Positions 1 to 13,849 of a stretch of 64,000 bases of DNA are shown piece after piece. The stretch is from Veleropilina oligotropha. Its lineage: Eukaryota. Below the pieces are notes generated by a model. That model was not told where the DNA came from. It saw only the letters and a program-made list of their open reading frames with translations, and did not search any database. A program made the translations under genes and the position numbers. Each line of letters begins with the position of its first letter. The stretch's first letter is position 1. The DNA lies in the NCBI GenBank assembly GCA_048128005.1, contig JBEUKZ010000010.1:558001-622000 (forward strand), written 5' to 3'.

Positions 1-1682
1 TCCATAAACTATTTCGCAGCATTTACTTTCGCGATAATATTAGGTATGTGAAACGAAAATAAAATGCACGCTAAAATATAGGGTTTTACAACTATATAGA
101 AGATAATACTAGTAATAGTATGAAGACGAGTCCATTGTATACTATAATATTTCTTACACTATGCATACTGTATAAAACTATAGAACTTTACATACACTCA
201 AGCCATTATCAATTACATGCATATGGCATAACATGCCCTCAATACATACGTTTCAATTTAGTAACATTTTCGAACAAATTGCCAAAGCCATTGACACCAC
301 TTGGATTTTTTATCAGAAGAATTTTAGGCTGAACTGAACAAATAATTCTATGTGCTATGTTATGAGCAGGAAACATTACTTAAGTATTGTCAATGCATGG
401 TATGGCAATTCTGACATGTATGCATGCCAGATTTGATGCTCAGTCATCTGACAGGGATGTATTACATGTGACTGCACATAAATATCACAAGTACTGGCAG
501 CTGAAATCAATTTTGAAAATTTCATATTGACAAAATGGGATAGAGTTCGAATAAAAAAGAAGTATTTAGGTAAAATTTAAATCATGCATTCACTTGACTT
601 CATCAATGATAACGACTAATCACTATTAAACTATATATGCAGGAACACATTGTTTGTATGACGGAAAGAAACTACGTGTATTAAACTATGTTGACTAGGA
701 AAGTTTATCTGATACTTCACAGAGAAGGTGCTAAGAGTTATTCCCCTTTGCCTTCTAACAGGCTGTCAATATTTCTTGGGAGCTTTCCAGAAATCTTCTG
801 GATCAGTTGCGCCTGCACCAAGCACAGAGGTGGAGTATAGAGGGAAAGCATGCAGTTAAACCATGAGGCGGGAAGCGCGGAGTTGTTCAACTGCACAGGC
901 TTTTTCGATTATATAACACAAACCGAGTCAGAGTGATATAACGTACAGATTTAAAACATTGCAAAAGTGTATTAAAAATTAAAATACTGTATATGATTTT
1001 AATAACCTACTACATATGTACACCCATTTTAGTGTAAGAAAGTAGTCGATCCCCATAATGTAACTGACAATATTGTCACATTGGTCAGTTAGACGATGAG
1101 CCAAGACAATAGAATGTTGTCATAAAAATGGTTCAAGTACATTTATTACTAATTTGACATTTTATAAACATGATATTCTCTTGTCAACATAATTATTTTA
1201 AAACTGCAGAGTGCTGCAAAAAGAAAGGAAATAAGCATTTTTTACCACTGCTATATAGTGTAAATTTTGACCTGTTATTTAAACAAATTAAAAAATCTTT
1301 GAAATCAAATGCATCATCATCATCCAATCTCCATCAACAAAAAATGCGCACAAGTCCAAATTTAATTTTATACTTTGCTACAGCACAAAATCCTATTTAA
1401 CTCGATCTCTCATATGTATGAGGACGGCTTCGATGGATTTGCATTAGGTCAGTTACATTATTTGTTCCTCTGTTTGTGGGAAATTCTTAAAACCTATTGA
1501 AACAGACTTAATTATTTAATAAATACATATGACATACACTATATTACATGATTGTGAAGATATTAAATGACTAAGGTACAAAAGAAATGAAATAACATTG
1601 TATGCAATGAAGAATAAGTGGTGTTTGTGGACATTTCATATCGGAAAGAGCAAAATGTCATAGATAAGCCAGAACCTGTTCA

Positions 1683-2219
1683 CAGTGGCGGATTCAGGGG
1701 GGGGGGGCTAAGGGGGCGCTAGCCCCCCCCCCCGGCAAAAATCTGGCGCATACTATATAACATCAATAATCTCCCTTTATGGTGAAATGGTTATACATTT
1801 TATAACTTTTATAATATTTTCAGGTCGGAATTATTTCACATAAATATGGCTTAAAATTGTTCATTTATTTACCTGCTGACAATGCTCTAAAATGCGTCAG
1901 ATTGCACCTCAGAGCATCTAGATTAAAAAAAATTAGCGCCCCCAGCAAAAATCTGGCGCATATTATATAACATCAATAATCTCCCTTTATGGTGAAATGG
2001 TTATACATTTTATAACTTTTATAATATTTTCAGGTCGGAATTATTTCACATAAATATGGCTTAAAATTGTTCATTTTATTTACCTGCTGACAATGCTCTA
2101 AAGTGCGTCAGATTGCATCTCAGAGCATCTAGATTAAAAAAAAATCCGCCCCTAGTGTATCACGCCATTCGGGCGCTCCATTCGCCCCCCCGGCAAGTAG
2201 TCCTCTGGATCCGCCACTG
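1683..2219. mobile_element. Non-autonomous TIR element (MITE) with CAG...CTG ends and 5-bp TSD (hAT5-like)
   Basis: Left end CAGTGGCGGATTCAG, right end GGATCCGCCACTG; GTTCA on both flanks (1678-1682, 2220-2224); internal ~210-bp tandem duplication (~1735-1935 / ~1945-2145). Confidence 0.8.
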
Positions 2220-2978
2220 GTTCACTATGACGTATGATCAGAGGGGTTCGTCAAAAATCTCGTGATTGCAGTGCTCAGAATAGCAAATGCTGCTCAGGAA
2301 ACAACATTATTTAAAACGTACATAATTTTTTATAAGCATCCCTTGCATAAGTGTGGCCGTCCGACTGAATGTTCTAGGTCAAAATCAAGGTATGCGGTGC
2401 TCACCTGACGCAACTGTGTTGTGATTATTCTTTTATGTGCTTTAATTATTATATCTTGAAAATAAGCTATTCACAATGTTCATACACACCCACACTATAC
2501 AACAATATAACACAACAACTATTCTGTTATACTATATATATATATACTGTAAAAACAGAAATGAATGTGTTTTGAATATAATGCGAGGTCAAGAATCATG
2601 AATTTGGTGAAAAGTCCAATTTTACGTCAAGTCAATAATATTTAGACTATACCCCCAAAACCTTGGTCAGGAAAAGTGTATTTAGTCTTTTGCTGATTAG
2701 CTTGGCATTCAAGATTACATGGTCACAGTGCTTAAACATCAACAACAACGCATACAGGTACTTTATAGTTAATTGCTATCAACAAGAGTCTAATGTGACA
2801 GCAATACAATGTGTAAAGAAACAATCAATCAATCAATCTTTATTTAGGCGTTACGCCCATCAGTAAAACGTACATAATGTGATTAAAAATGGCTCATTGA
2901 AATAAGGTAGGTTCGATGTAATTTTCGATGAAGACTGCGTGGTACTATGAGCAAGTGCTGTTGTTTTGTATGAAAGGC

Positions 2979-3195
2979 GAGTTGAGTTGACAACTTTGTT
3001 TTACGCCCCCTTTGGCAATTTTTCAGCCTTAACGCGGTATCACTTCAATCTGACCGACATACATTAGGCATATGCCATCTATTAGTTTTAAACCTTAGAA
3101 TTAATAAGCCAGGCCGGAGCAGGTTTGAACTCACATCCTTACCGTCCCACAAAACGTTTTACCGACGCTCTAACCAGATGAGCTATCGAGGACAG
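2979..3195 (-). mobile_element. tRNA-derived SINE, family A
   Basis: On the minus strand, A-box TAGCTCATCTGGT and B-box GAGTTCAAACC, body, simple-repeat tail; homologous to 13879-14116 and ~62533-62775. Confidence 0.75.
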
Positions 3196-5274
3196 TTTTT
3201 GCATGAAAGGTGTGTTTTAACTTTCCTTTACAAATAGCGTATTTACAAAGCCAAATAAATTGTCGAACACTTCATTGGGAGTCTCTCCTTAATTGAACCA
3301 CAAAATTTTATTGAAAAAGATATAACATAATATATTATAATTTGTCAATTTTGCATAAAATGATAATGCGTATTGAAATAAATGCATCTGACAGATAGTC
3401 GCTTTTTTCGCATTAATTTCTACCACGCATTATTTTCTGTTTTTACAGTATATTAAATTTACTTGTAATATAGAAAAGTAAATATATTGTCATAAGGTGA
3501 TAACATTTTATGAAATGACAATTAATACTTCTTACATATTTCAACTAGTATATTCAAATGCATATTTCAAGCATAAAGATTATCTAGCTGTACACACAAT
3601 CTAACATGCTCTTGTTTTTACTTACATCGCACCATTTACATCATATCCTTGGCATCCGAAATAAGAAAATCACAACACTTCTGTTATAACTTCCAGAAGT
3701 CACTGACATCTACGTAAACTTATTGTTCTCAGGTCTACTCGGTCTGCTCCTCTAGACAACAACCGACACTGGAGCGCTCAGTTTTCACTACACGTTACTT
3801 TAGCTGCCAATTTGCCCGATAGATTACCAAGATAATCGTCGGCACCTACAGGTGTCAGAGAACGGAATTCCTTCATCAACCCAGCCAAAATCGTTCCTCA
3901 GAAGAATCCCAACAAAACAGCATAACCAAACGTAACCTTTCGTATAACATCTGCCATTTGTTCGTTTTTGTTTCTACAGTTGTCTACCATTGTTTGGTTG
4001 TTTGTTAAAATGCAACAATGCAAAAGACTTCCGCACACAGAACTATATATGGTAGAAGGCAACAAAGGTGGAAATCTGGAGTCAATAGAAAGAACAGTTG
4101 TTCAACCTGGCAAGAATTGTAGGCAATAAGTCGGCAATGGTATTTATATGACCACAGTGAAAAGACAAGCACATGTTGCGATGCTTTAGTAGTTCCATCG
4201 CCAATGGAGAGTGTCCAAAAATAAACGGCAAGTAATGGCTGGTGAGTCAAGTTCATTGGGGCCATTAAAGTTCCACTGTCAAACATTTCATCTAAAATAT
4301 CACCCCTTTCATATATATAATAAAAGAGGAAATAGGCTATTTCAGGTTCATACATAATACACATAATACAAAATCTTAAATATTTCCTAAAGTATGGCAT
4401 TAATTTTCAAGTACATGTAACATTCAAATTGAAGCACTTTTCATTTAATGCTTTTAAAACTTCAAATACTTTTCAAATTTGTATGGAGCGTGTAATTTTG
4501 TCATTGTTAGGTTTCTTCTAAATATTTCACAATAAATTGTCAATTTATTGAAAACACTTGCTAATTATTATTATTATACTTTGAAGTATATTAAGTGTAA
4601 CAATGAAATGTTTATATAGTACACAAATAACAGTGAATATTTTAGAGTGTGAGAATGAAACGATAAATTAATTGACTAAAATTTACAATTCTTCACACTT
4701 TGTCTGAGTTTTCCTTAAATATCTCCTCAATTTTTGTCAGTGATGGTGAATTTGCACTTACTTTTAAAGATCTGGATTATATACTGGTACAAGATACCAA
4801 GTTACTGATATCGTATGTCATCTTAGTATAATTTTATTAATGACAGAGCGTTAATCTTCATCAATACGCTTCACTGTAATATATACATCCGCTTATTTCA
4901 TTTTCACACCAGGATATTCTGCCTTGCTTCGCTTATTCATAAACATAAAAGTGCTAATTAGATAAAGGCTCTAATTTAATTACGTTACGAGCAGGTGCAC
5001 AGCAGCTAAAAAGAGATCAAGTAAAGTGATCAGGGAGCATGTGTTTTCTATCTGCGTCTCCCAATGGCTGGTGACATTCTCTTCCTCTTCTTGATTTGGG
5101 GGCAACGCTACTCAGCAGGAGAGAGGCCCATACACGTAATGGGATACCGCTTCTCGCATGTCCCGCAAAGAATGATGGGGAAAATGTGTTGCAACATCAA
5201 ATAAACGCAGGCAGTTAACTTCCTGGTTATTATTTTATTCAACAAAGAGTAATGAGGCGTGCAATGATGGAAGA

Positions 5275-8260
5275 CAGGGTTAACACATTAGGCGTAGGAA
5301 GCAGGGGGAAATTTCCCCCCACTTTGAAAGTGGGGGGGGGGCAAAAGTATGATTTTGCCCCCCACTATTGAAGTAGGCATACCTGTCTCCCAAAACTCTC
5401 CAATTATGAGGCAGATAAAATGGTCAATACATAGCCCAGAATGCAGGAAAACGCATCTAAGACCTACAGTTACAAAATTTCTGGGGAGCACGCCCCTGAA
5501 CCCCCCTAGGAAGTTCAGGCCCTCAATGCTCATGGCCTTTCGCTATTGCCCCCCCCCCCCCCGCTTTCAAACAACTTCCTACGCCTACGGCACTGGGTAA
5601 CTACCAGAGACAGGGATGAGGGTTAACCCATTAGTGGGTAACTACTGGAAACAGGGTTAACCCATTGGTGGGTAACTACTGGAAACAGGGTTAACCCATT
5701 AGTGGGTAACTACTAGAGACAGGGTTAACCCATTAGTGGGTAACTACTGGGAGACAGGGTTAACCCATTAGTGGGTGACTACCAGAGACAGGGTTAACCC
5801 ATTAGTGGGTAACTACTGGAAACAGGGTTAACCCATTAGTGGGTAACTACTGGAGACAGGGTTAACCCACTAGTGGGTAACTACTGGGAGATAGGGTTAA
5901 CCCATTAGTGAGTAACCACCAGAGACAGGGTTAACCCATTAGTGGGTAACTACTGGAAACAGGGTTAACTCATTAGTGGGTAACTACTGGAGACAGGGTT
6001 AACCCATTAGTGGGTAACTACTGGGAGACAGGGTTAACCCATTAGTGGGTAACTGCTGGGAGACAGGGTTAACCCCCCCCCCCCGCTTTCAAACAACTTC
6101 CTACGCCTACGGCACTGGGTAACTACCAGAGACAGGGATGAGGGTTAACCCATTAGTGGGTAACTACTGGAAACAGGGTTAACCCATTGGTGGGTAACTA
6201 CTGGAAACAGGGTTAACCCATTAGTGGGTAACTACTAGAGACAGGGTTAACCCATTAGTGGGTAACTACTGGGAGACAGGGTTAACCCATTAGTGGGTGA
6301 CTACCAGAGACAGGGTTAACCCATTAGTGGGTAACTACTGGAAACAGGGTTAACCCATTAGTGGGTAACTACTGGAGACAGGGTTAACCCACTAGTGGGT
6401 AACTACTGGGAGACAGGGTTAACCCATTAGTGAGTAACCACCAGAGACAGGGTTAACCCATTAGTGGGTAACTACTGGAAACAGGGTTAACTCATTAGTG
6501 GGTAACTACTGGAGACAGGGTTAACCCATTAGTGGGTAACTACTGGGAGACAGGGTTAACCCATTAGTGGGTAACTGCTGGGAGACAGGGTTAACCCATT
6601 AGTGGGTAACGACTGGAGACAGGGTTAACCCATTAGTGGGTAACTACCAGAGACAGGGTTAACCCATTAGTGGGTGACTACTGGAGACAGGGTTAACCCA
6701 TTAGTGGGTAACTACCGAGACAGGGTTAACCCATTAGAGTGGGTAACTACTGGAAACAGGGTTAACCCATTAGTGTGTAACTATTGGAGACAGGGTTAAC
6801 CCATTAGTGGGTAACTACTGGAGACAGGGTTAACCCATTAGTGGGTAACTACCAGAGACAGGGTTAACCCATTAGTGGGTAACTATTGGAGACAGGGTTA
6901 ACCCATTAGTGGGTAACTACTGGAGACAGGGTTAACCCATTAGTGGGTAACTACTGGAGACATGGTTAACCCATTAGTGGGTAACTACTGGAGACAGGGT
7001 TAACCCATTAGTGGGTAACTACCAGAGACAGGGTTAACCCATTAGTGGGTGACTACCAGAGACAGGGTTAACCCATTAGTGGGTAACTACTGGAGACAGG
7101 TTAACCCATTAGTGGGTAACTACTGGAAACAGGGTTAACCCATTAGTGGGTAACTACCAGAGACAGGGTTAACCCATTAGTGGGCAACTACCAGAGACAG
7201 GGTTAACCCATTAGTGGGTAAATACTGGAGACAGGGTTAACCCATTAGTGGGTAACTACTGGAAACAGGGTTAACCCATTAGTGGGTAACTATTGGAGAC
7301 AGGGTTATCCCATTAGTGGGTAACTACCAGAGACAGGTTTAACCCATTAGTGGGTGACTACCAGAGACAGGGTTAACCCATTAGTGGGTGACTACTGGAG
7401 ACAGGGTTAACCCATTAGTGGGTTACTGTAGACAGGGTTAACCCATTAGTGGGCGACTACTGGAAACAGGGTTAACCCATTAGTGGGTAACTACCAGAGA
7501 CAGGGTTAACCCATTAGTGGGTAACTACCAGAGACGGGGTTAACCCATTAGTGGGTAACTACTGGAAGACAGGGTTAACCCATTAGTGGGTCACTACTGG
7601 AGACAGGGTTAACCCATTAGTGGGTAACTACCAGAGACAGGGTTAACCCATTAGTGGGTAACTACCAGAGACAGGGTTAACCCATTAGTGGGTCACTACT
7701 GGAGACAGGGTTAACCCATTAGTGGGTAACTACCAGAGACAGGGTTAACCCATTAGTGGGTGACTACCAGAGACAGGGTTAACCCATTAGTGGGTAACTA
7801 TTGGAGACAGAGTTAACCCATTAGTGGGTAACTGCTGGAGACAGGGTTAACCCATTAGTGGATAACTACCAGAGACAGGGTTAACCCATTAGTGGGTAAC
7901 TACTGGAGACAGGGTTAACCCATTAGTGGGTAACTACTGGAGACAGGGTTAACCCATTAGTGGGTAACTACTGGAGACAGGGTTAACCCATTAGTGGGTA
8001 ACTACCAGAGACAGGGTTAACCCATTAGTGGGTAACTACTGGAGACAGGGTTAACCCATTAATGGGTAACTACTGCAATGGTGGGAGACAGGGTTAGCCT
8101 ATTATCAGGCAGCTACTGGCGATGGTGGGAGACAGGGTTAACCCATTAGTGGGTACCTACCGGAGATAGGGTTAACCCATTAGTGGGTAACTACTGCAAT
8201 GGTGGGAGACAGGGTTAGCCTATTATCAGGCAGCTACTGGAGATGGGGTAACCCATTAGT
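5275..8260. repeat. ~3-kb minisatellite, 34-bp unit GGGTTAACCCATTAGTGGGTAACTACTGGAGACA
   Basis: Directly visible head-to-tail array with small variants (CCAGAGAC / TGGAAAC / TGGGAGAC), degenerating at the right end. Confidence 0.97.
5289..5589. mobile_element. MITE inserted in the first unit of the 34-bp satellite
   Basis: TIRs TAGGCGTAGGAAG ... CTTCCTACGCCTA; G/C homopolymer tracts inside; satellite-like sequence on both sides. Confidence 0.7.
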
Positions 8261-11200
8261 AAGCAATTACAACAAAGAATCAAGTCCAGGTAATGAGAAA
8301 TCAAAATTTTCTGCTTTGTTATGGCTGTAGAGATGAAAAAATCTTTAACAACCATGCCAACAATATTTATGTAACAACTGCCACATGCAATGGAGGTGGT
8401 GGATATTATGCAAAAGAAACAAAGTTATTCGAACCAGAGATCAGAAACTAATTTATTTATAGAGAACAAAGTCATTAATAATTCACTATTCATATTCCCT
8501 TAATGCAAACAACATTTCATTTAGATTTCAGCGATGGAAAATCTAAAGGCTTATAATTATTAAATTGATGCAAGCATTTTGTTATTTCAAACTGATTTAT
8601 CATCAATTGTTATGTTATACTTAATGTCAATTCCACATTCATCTTAAGAAAATGCCAATAATTTCTAGAATTACGCTGCAAACATTACTTATAAACATAA
8701 CTGTAAAGAGTGGATAATGCAAACAATAAAAATTGCGCATGTATCAAAATAAACTTATCACTGTTCATTTATATCAAGGAAATTGTAATCTACAAATTGT
8801 ATTGTAATAAAATATATTATTATAACATTACTACCAGCCCTTACCTGATAGGTTTTAACCAAACATTCTTGTGTTCCTTCACAAACATTCCTGAAGCATC
8901 AATTAGGTAGAACCCGAGCTGCCCATATACTGAGCCCCCAGAGATCTACTGGATTCTCCAGTGTAGGGTAATCGTTTCTCGGCTCACAGGTAATAAATGT
9001 TTACGCTACAATCACGTTTTTTTGGCAACTTGTGATATTTCTCGCCGATTGTCAGCATCCATCAGCGGCAATTTCATCAGCCTACAGCGCTTACACTCGC
9101 GATGTTGCTCTTTTTAGAGATTTGCGTTTCACGGGAAGAAGAAGAAGAAGAAGAAGGTAGCCAAAACATAAAACCTTCCAGAGCACTTATATACCGCAAA
9201 AAAACTCTCTTACTTATGAAAAATATTCAAAATTTGCAATCATGAATCATTCGACTGCATCGGAGCGTGGCTATCACTAACTAAACTTTTTCTGGTCGAT
9301 TTCCTATCGTTGATTTTTATTCTTCCATGTGGATCTGCTTTGATGGAAGCACGTGCTGCTGCCAGCAGCAGTGAATGTCATTCATGGGAGGGGGCAAGAG
9401 TCTCCTTGCAGCACACCACTGTTGACAAATATCAAGTTGACAGATATATTGAACACATGTGTGCATTCCGCAAGGCAAAGTCATTCAGCTTCGAAGATGG
9501 TTTATATTGCTCAGGCGAGCACTCTTTATATTGTAAATATACAGTAGACAGCTGTATATAAAATTTAAGTTTTTTTATTAATTATATATTAAAACTGCTT
9601 CAAATGTTATTTTTCATATTTTATGAACTGGGTTGTATTGTGGGATATAACTCAGAATCAACCGTAGCAGTCTTTATAATTTCGTCAGATGAACTGTCTG
9701 AACTTTTGGTGTAAATAATAATATTCATTCCAAAAAGAAATGTTAGTAAAATCAAAAATTTTATTTGAGTGAAATTAATCAGACAATCACTCCACAACAG
9801 AGTAAGATGACCTTCAACTACATTATTGCTCATCTATATGTCGTGGAGCTGCCAATTACAACAGACGTCTTCGAATTTCTATAATATTACATTAATTTTG
9901 TGTAAATCACACACTTACGGAAACAGCTTAACAGTTAAAACTGGCATACATGTTCTTTAGGCTGATGTCATTAATTTTAAAACGTAAATTTTCAGAATGT
10001 GAAGTTGCAACAGAATCCAAACATGTAAATTCAAATATTATATTCTAGTAAATTGGGGCTTAACATAGATAAATATGCCTTGTACGTTTATATGGATATT
10101 AATTACATATACATGTATTATTGAGAATGAATTGAAATCATCAATTCAGGCCAAAATGTATGGAAAACATTTCTCAACTGCTATGGAATCTAAGCCTAAA
10201 CAGTTGAAACAACACTGCTTTGAGTAAAATCCTGGCCCATGGTAAAAATATATAGAGCCTCCAAAAAATGTCAACACCATTGTTTTATGCACTGAATGAA
10301 AAGAGTAACAATTACTTTCAGGAAATACCTCCCTATGTTATGACAGGCCAAAACTGACCAAATCAAAACATGTCTGATACTAGATCACTTAGGGTACGGT
10401 ACCTACCTAGGCCGATCTGGACAGCACATGCCCCTTAAATCGCCAATCTCTCAACATGAATGGCTCTCTGAAACATGTTCCGCCAAACTGTAGGCACAAA
10501 TCATGCTGAGGGCTGCCTATTCTGACAAGAACCATCATATCCTGGCTGGCCGGGATACAAATCACCATCAGACAGGTCGGACAGACTCCACACTGGTGCA
10601 TCAATACAAATTAGCTCAACAGACAGGTGAACAGGAGTCGATTCCTGGCAATTCAAAGATTTTCCACAAATTGGATTTGGAAAAAAGCTCACTTTGAAAA
10701 GTAATTTGTAATAAAATGATTGGAACAGTAATGTTTGCAGTAAAAAAGTTTGGAAAAAATGCTATATATATATTAGCAATGGCAATAATTATTTAATTCG
10801 TAAAGCGCAAATTATTTCTTGCTGACAAACGATAATGCTTGAACTCCATTGTTCATGTAACAGCAACAATTACAGTATATATATATATACTAACGTTCTC
10901 TCTAACACAGGTTAAACTAACCAATTTGAATAATGGTAAACATTTATTAAAATCTATTTCAACAGATTATTTAAATTTGTTGGCTTTGCATAAATTTTGA
11001 AAAATAAGCAACACTTCTTCATTGTTAATTGTCAAGTTATACTCAGGTCTGTTTGTCCAGAACATTCTGTAAAGATTCAGGGCCTGACAATAACACAACA
11101 AACTTCATGAAGTTACTGCTGCTCACGCACGTTTAAGCGCAACCATAATATTTTCCAACATATTATGAAAATAGTATTTCCCCCAAAACAACACGAAAGT

Positions 11201-13849
11201 ACGCAACTATCGATAATTGTCTGCCTGTCTATTTTTAGATTAATGGCTTTTAGGAGAAACAGAAGTGGTCAAGTTTGCTGTAAGTTCGGAGAAATCACTT
11301 AGTCCTGCTCCATACAAACTAAACAGTCAGATATTTCGGTATATCCTTTATCACGATGACATGGGTCCACTGGATCAAATGGCAAAGGAAGAGTGTTTAG
11401 TTATCCACCATTTTGCCTTTACACAAACAATATATGTAATATTTACGACTTTGTAAATATAGCATGTTGTTAGATGGTAAATAATTGGACGTCGTACATA
11501 AATATTTGCATTACATGGGAATACGCAATTACTGCACAATGAATGCCAGTTATTATGACATAAAACATATGTATAATATGGTGAAATCCAACCCATCATC
11601 TGGATGTTCTTATCCTTAACGCAGTTGTGAGTGAATAGCTGAACCGTCTGTTGTACAACCAATCTAACATTACTCCAGTCTTTTAATATTTGAGACCCTT
11701 GCTTTAATACATCGGCCAGATCAGACTGACAACTATCATCATGGTTACAATTTAATACAAAATTCATAAAGATCGACATTTATGAATTTAATTTGTTTCG
11801 TCTAAATTGAAAATAAATCATTGTCCATGCATGCAGTCATCCTAGTTTTAATTTCCGTCTGTTGACCATCTTGGACCTTGGACCCAGAATAAGAGATTGG
11901 AGTACGGTTCCTAGTAATTCAAATCTTTGGCTGGGCACTGTCTTCAGTTACTAGTCACAGTTGTCCATAACTGGTTGGTGAGGACGAGTGTTTCCGGTCA
12001 CCTGGGCTTTTCTCTCGTGATACTACGGACATGTACTGGTATGACGCTGAACATGTGAATGGTGTTAAAATGAAACGTTAAGCATGAAAACAAAGCAGAA
12101 CATAGATTTTATTTCATTGTTTTCATATGTTATTGTTGTGTGTGTAATACATATACACAAAATGGATTTCATTGCACCTATCATCAAGGAATATCATGAT
12201 ATAATTAGTAACAATTAGTTCATGATTATTTAACATACAAAATAAATGAACTGATGTTCAGCAGCCATGCCAATAATTTTAAAATGTTAAAAATTGAAAT
12301 GAAGAGCTTTAAATTTATTCTGCATGCTACGTAAATAGACTACAGAACATAAATATTTAGATTTGTTGTTTAGCATAATTAACCAACCTACACCATGCAT
12401 AACCATTATCTTAAAATTGTTTTTATTGAACGTATTTTATTGCAATAATACAATTTTTGGATCGGGCAAAAGTTATTACAACTTACATTGGCCCTTTGGT
12501 ATTCTACCAATACCAAATTATTATTTAATGTTACGTACTTAAAACGAAGCTCAAAGAAAGATATATTTTTACTAACAATTAATCATAATGGCTCATGTTT
12601 AAGATGTTTCATTTCAAACTTATCACAAATCTGCCCCCAAGAATGGGTGAAACATGTTGACTTAGATCTGGGATCAGACAACTTATCATGAAACTAAGAT
12701 GCGCAGAGTCCATTATTAACGAGCAGCCTCTTTTTTGATGGATCACAAAAACATATCGTCTTCAAACAATGCCACTTACACGTGCGGACAAGATGTGTGT
12801 GGCATTCCCTACTGGAAGCCACAACTGATCTTTTTCAAGAGAAACTATTTTTATCAGTCACCTCGAACAAATGTATCCATTTCTCAATCCTTAGAACAGG
12901 AACAAAAAACATAGGGCCACAAACAGCCAGATTGCTTACGCCTAATGGTAGATGCAGCACCAAAATCTTGTAAATGTTAGCTAATGGTATACAGATGTGA
13001 AGGGATAAATTCAAAACACCCAATTATTTGGCACATGATTGTGTGTGGTATAGTGAGGAACTGTTGCCAGGAACTGGAAGACAAAAGTAGAGTGAGAATA
13101 AAAGATTTCTGCAGGTCTTACCATATGGGTTGCCAATTGTACTGGCAAATTATATTGAAAATTGACCAAAATATTCAGATTTGACAAATTAAATATTCAG
13201 ACACAAATATTAAAATTCTGCAATACACTTCATAATTTTTATAAAATGTTAGCTAATTGTTTTACCAAGTTCCAATGTTATAACTCATATCCCCGAAAAG
13301 AATTACTATTATGAACCTATTTAAGAAAGAACACTGCGGATACCGATATTGTCATATTCAATGATCGGCGACAATTTTATTCAACAGCGCACCTTATATC
13401 TCAGAGAACAGTCATAATAATTGTATCGATCACCTTGAAATTAGTGTTGAACTTTTGACCCCATGAATTATGACCAGTAGTCCTACTACATTAAAATAGT
13501 ACATTTACTACAAAGAAGATTTCCAAAGATTTAATGTAAATATACAGGTCATTCACATGCAAGCATTGATTAAACCATTCCATTCTACACGAATCATTTT
13601 GTATACTAACAAGTTCATTGAAATTCTAACTCTACTAGAAATACTACCAAACTCATGGTGCAGCCAAGCATGGGTCCACTACTTCTTCCAATATATGGAA
13701 AACTTTAAAGTCCCAGACTGTCAACAGCCCTGATCCCACATTCACTCTGGATCAGAGATAAATGGACGATATTTCAATCAAGGTCCATGAATAACTGGAC
13801 AGCTTCATGGAACACATAAGTGTCGATTACAACATCCATTTTACCAGCA

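Noticed and set aside
5275..8260. CRISPR-like appearance of palindromic repeat arrays (also 52940-53509 and 54498-55518)
   Set aside because: No unique spacers, no cas genes, eukaryotic context; these are plain minisatellites.
720..13800. Short ORFs and exon-like segments (about 740-812, 3730-3960, 10408-10691, 11375-11779)
   Set aside because: No recognisable protein similarity or consistent splice chain; may be UTR or non-coding exons, but unsupported.
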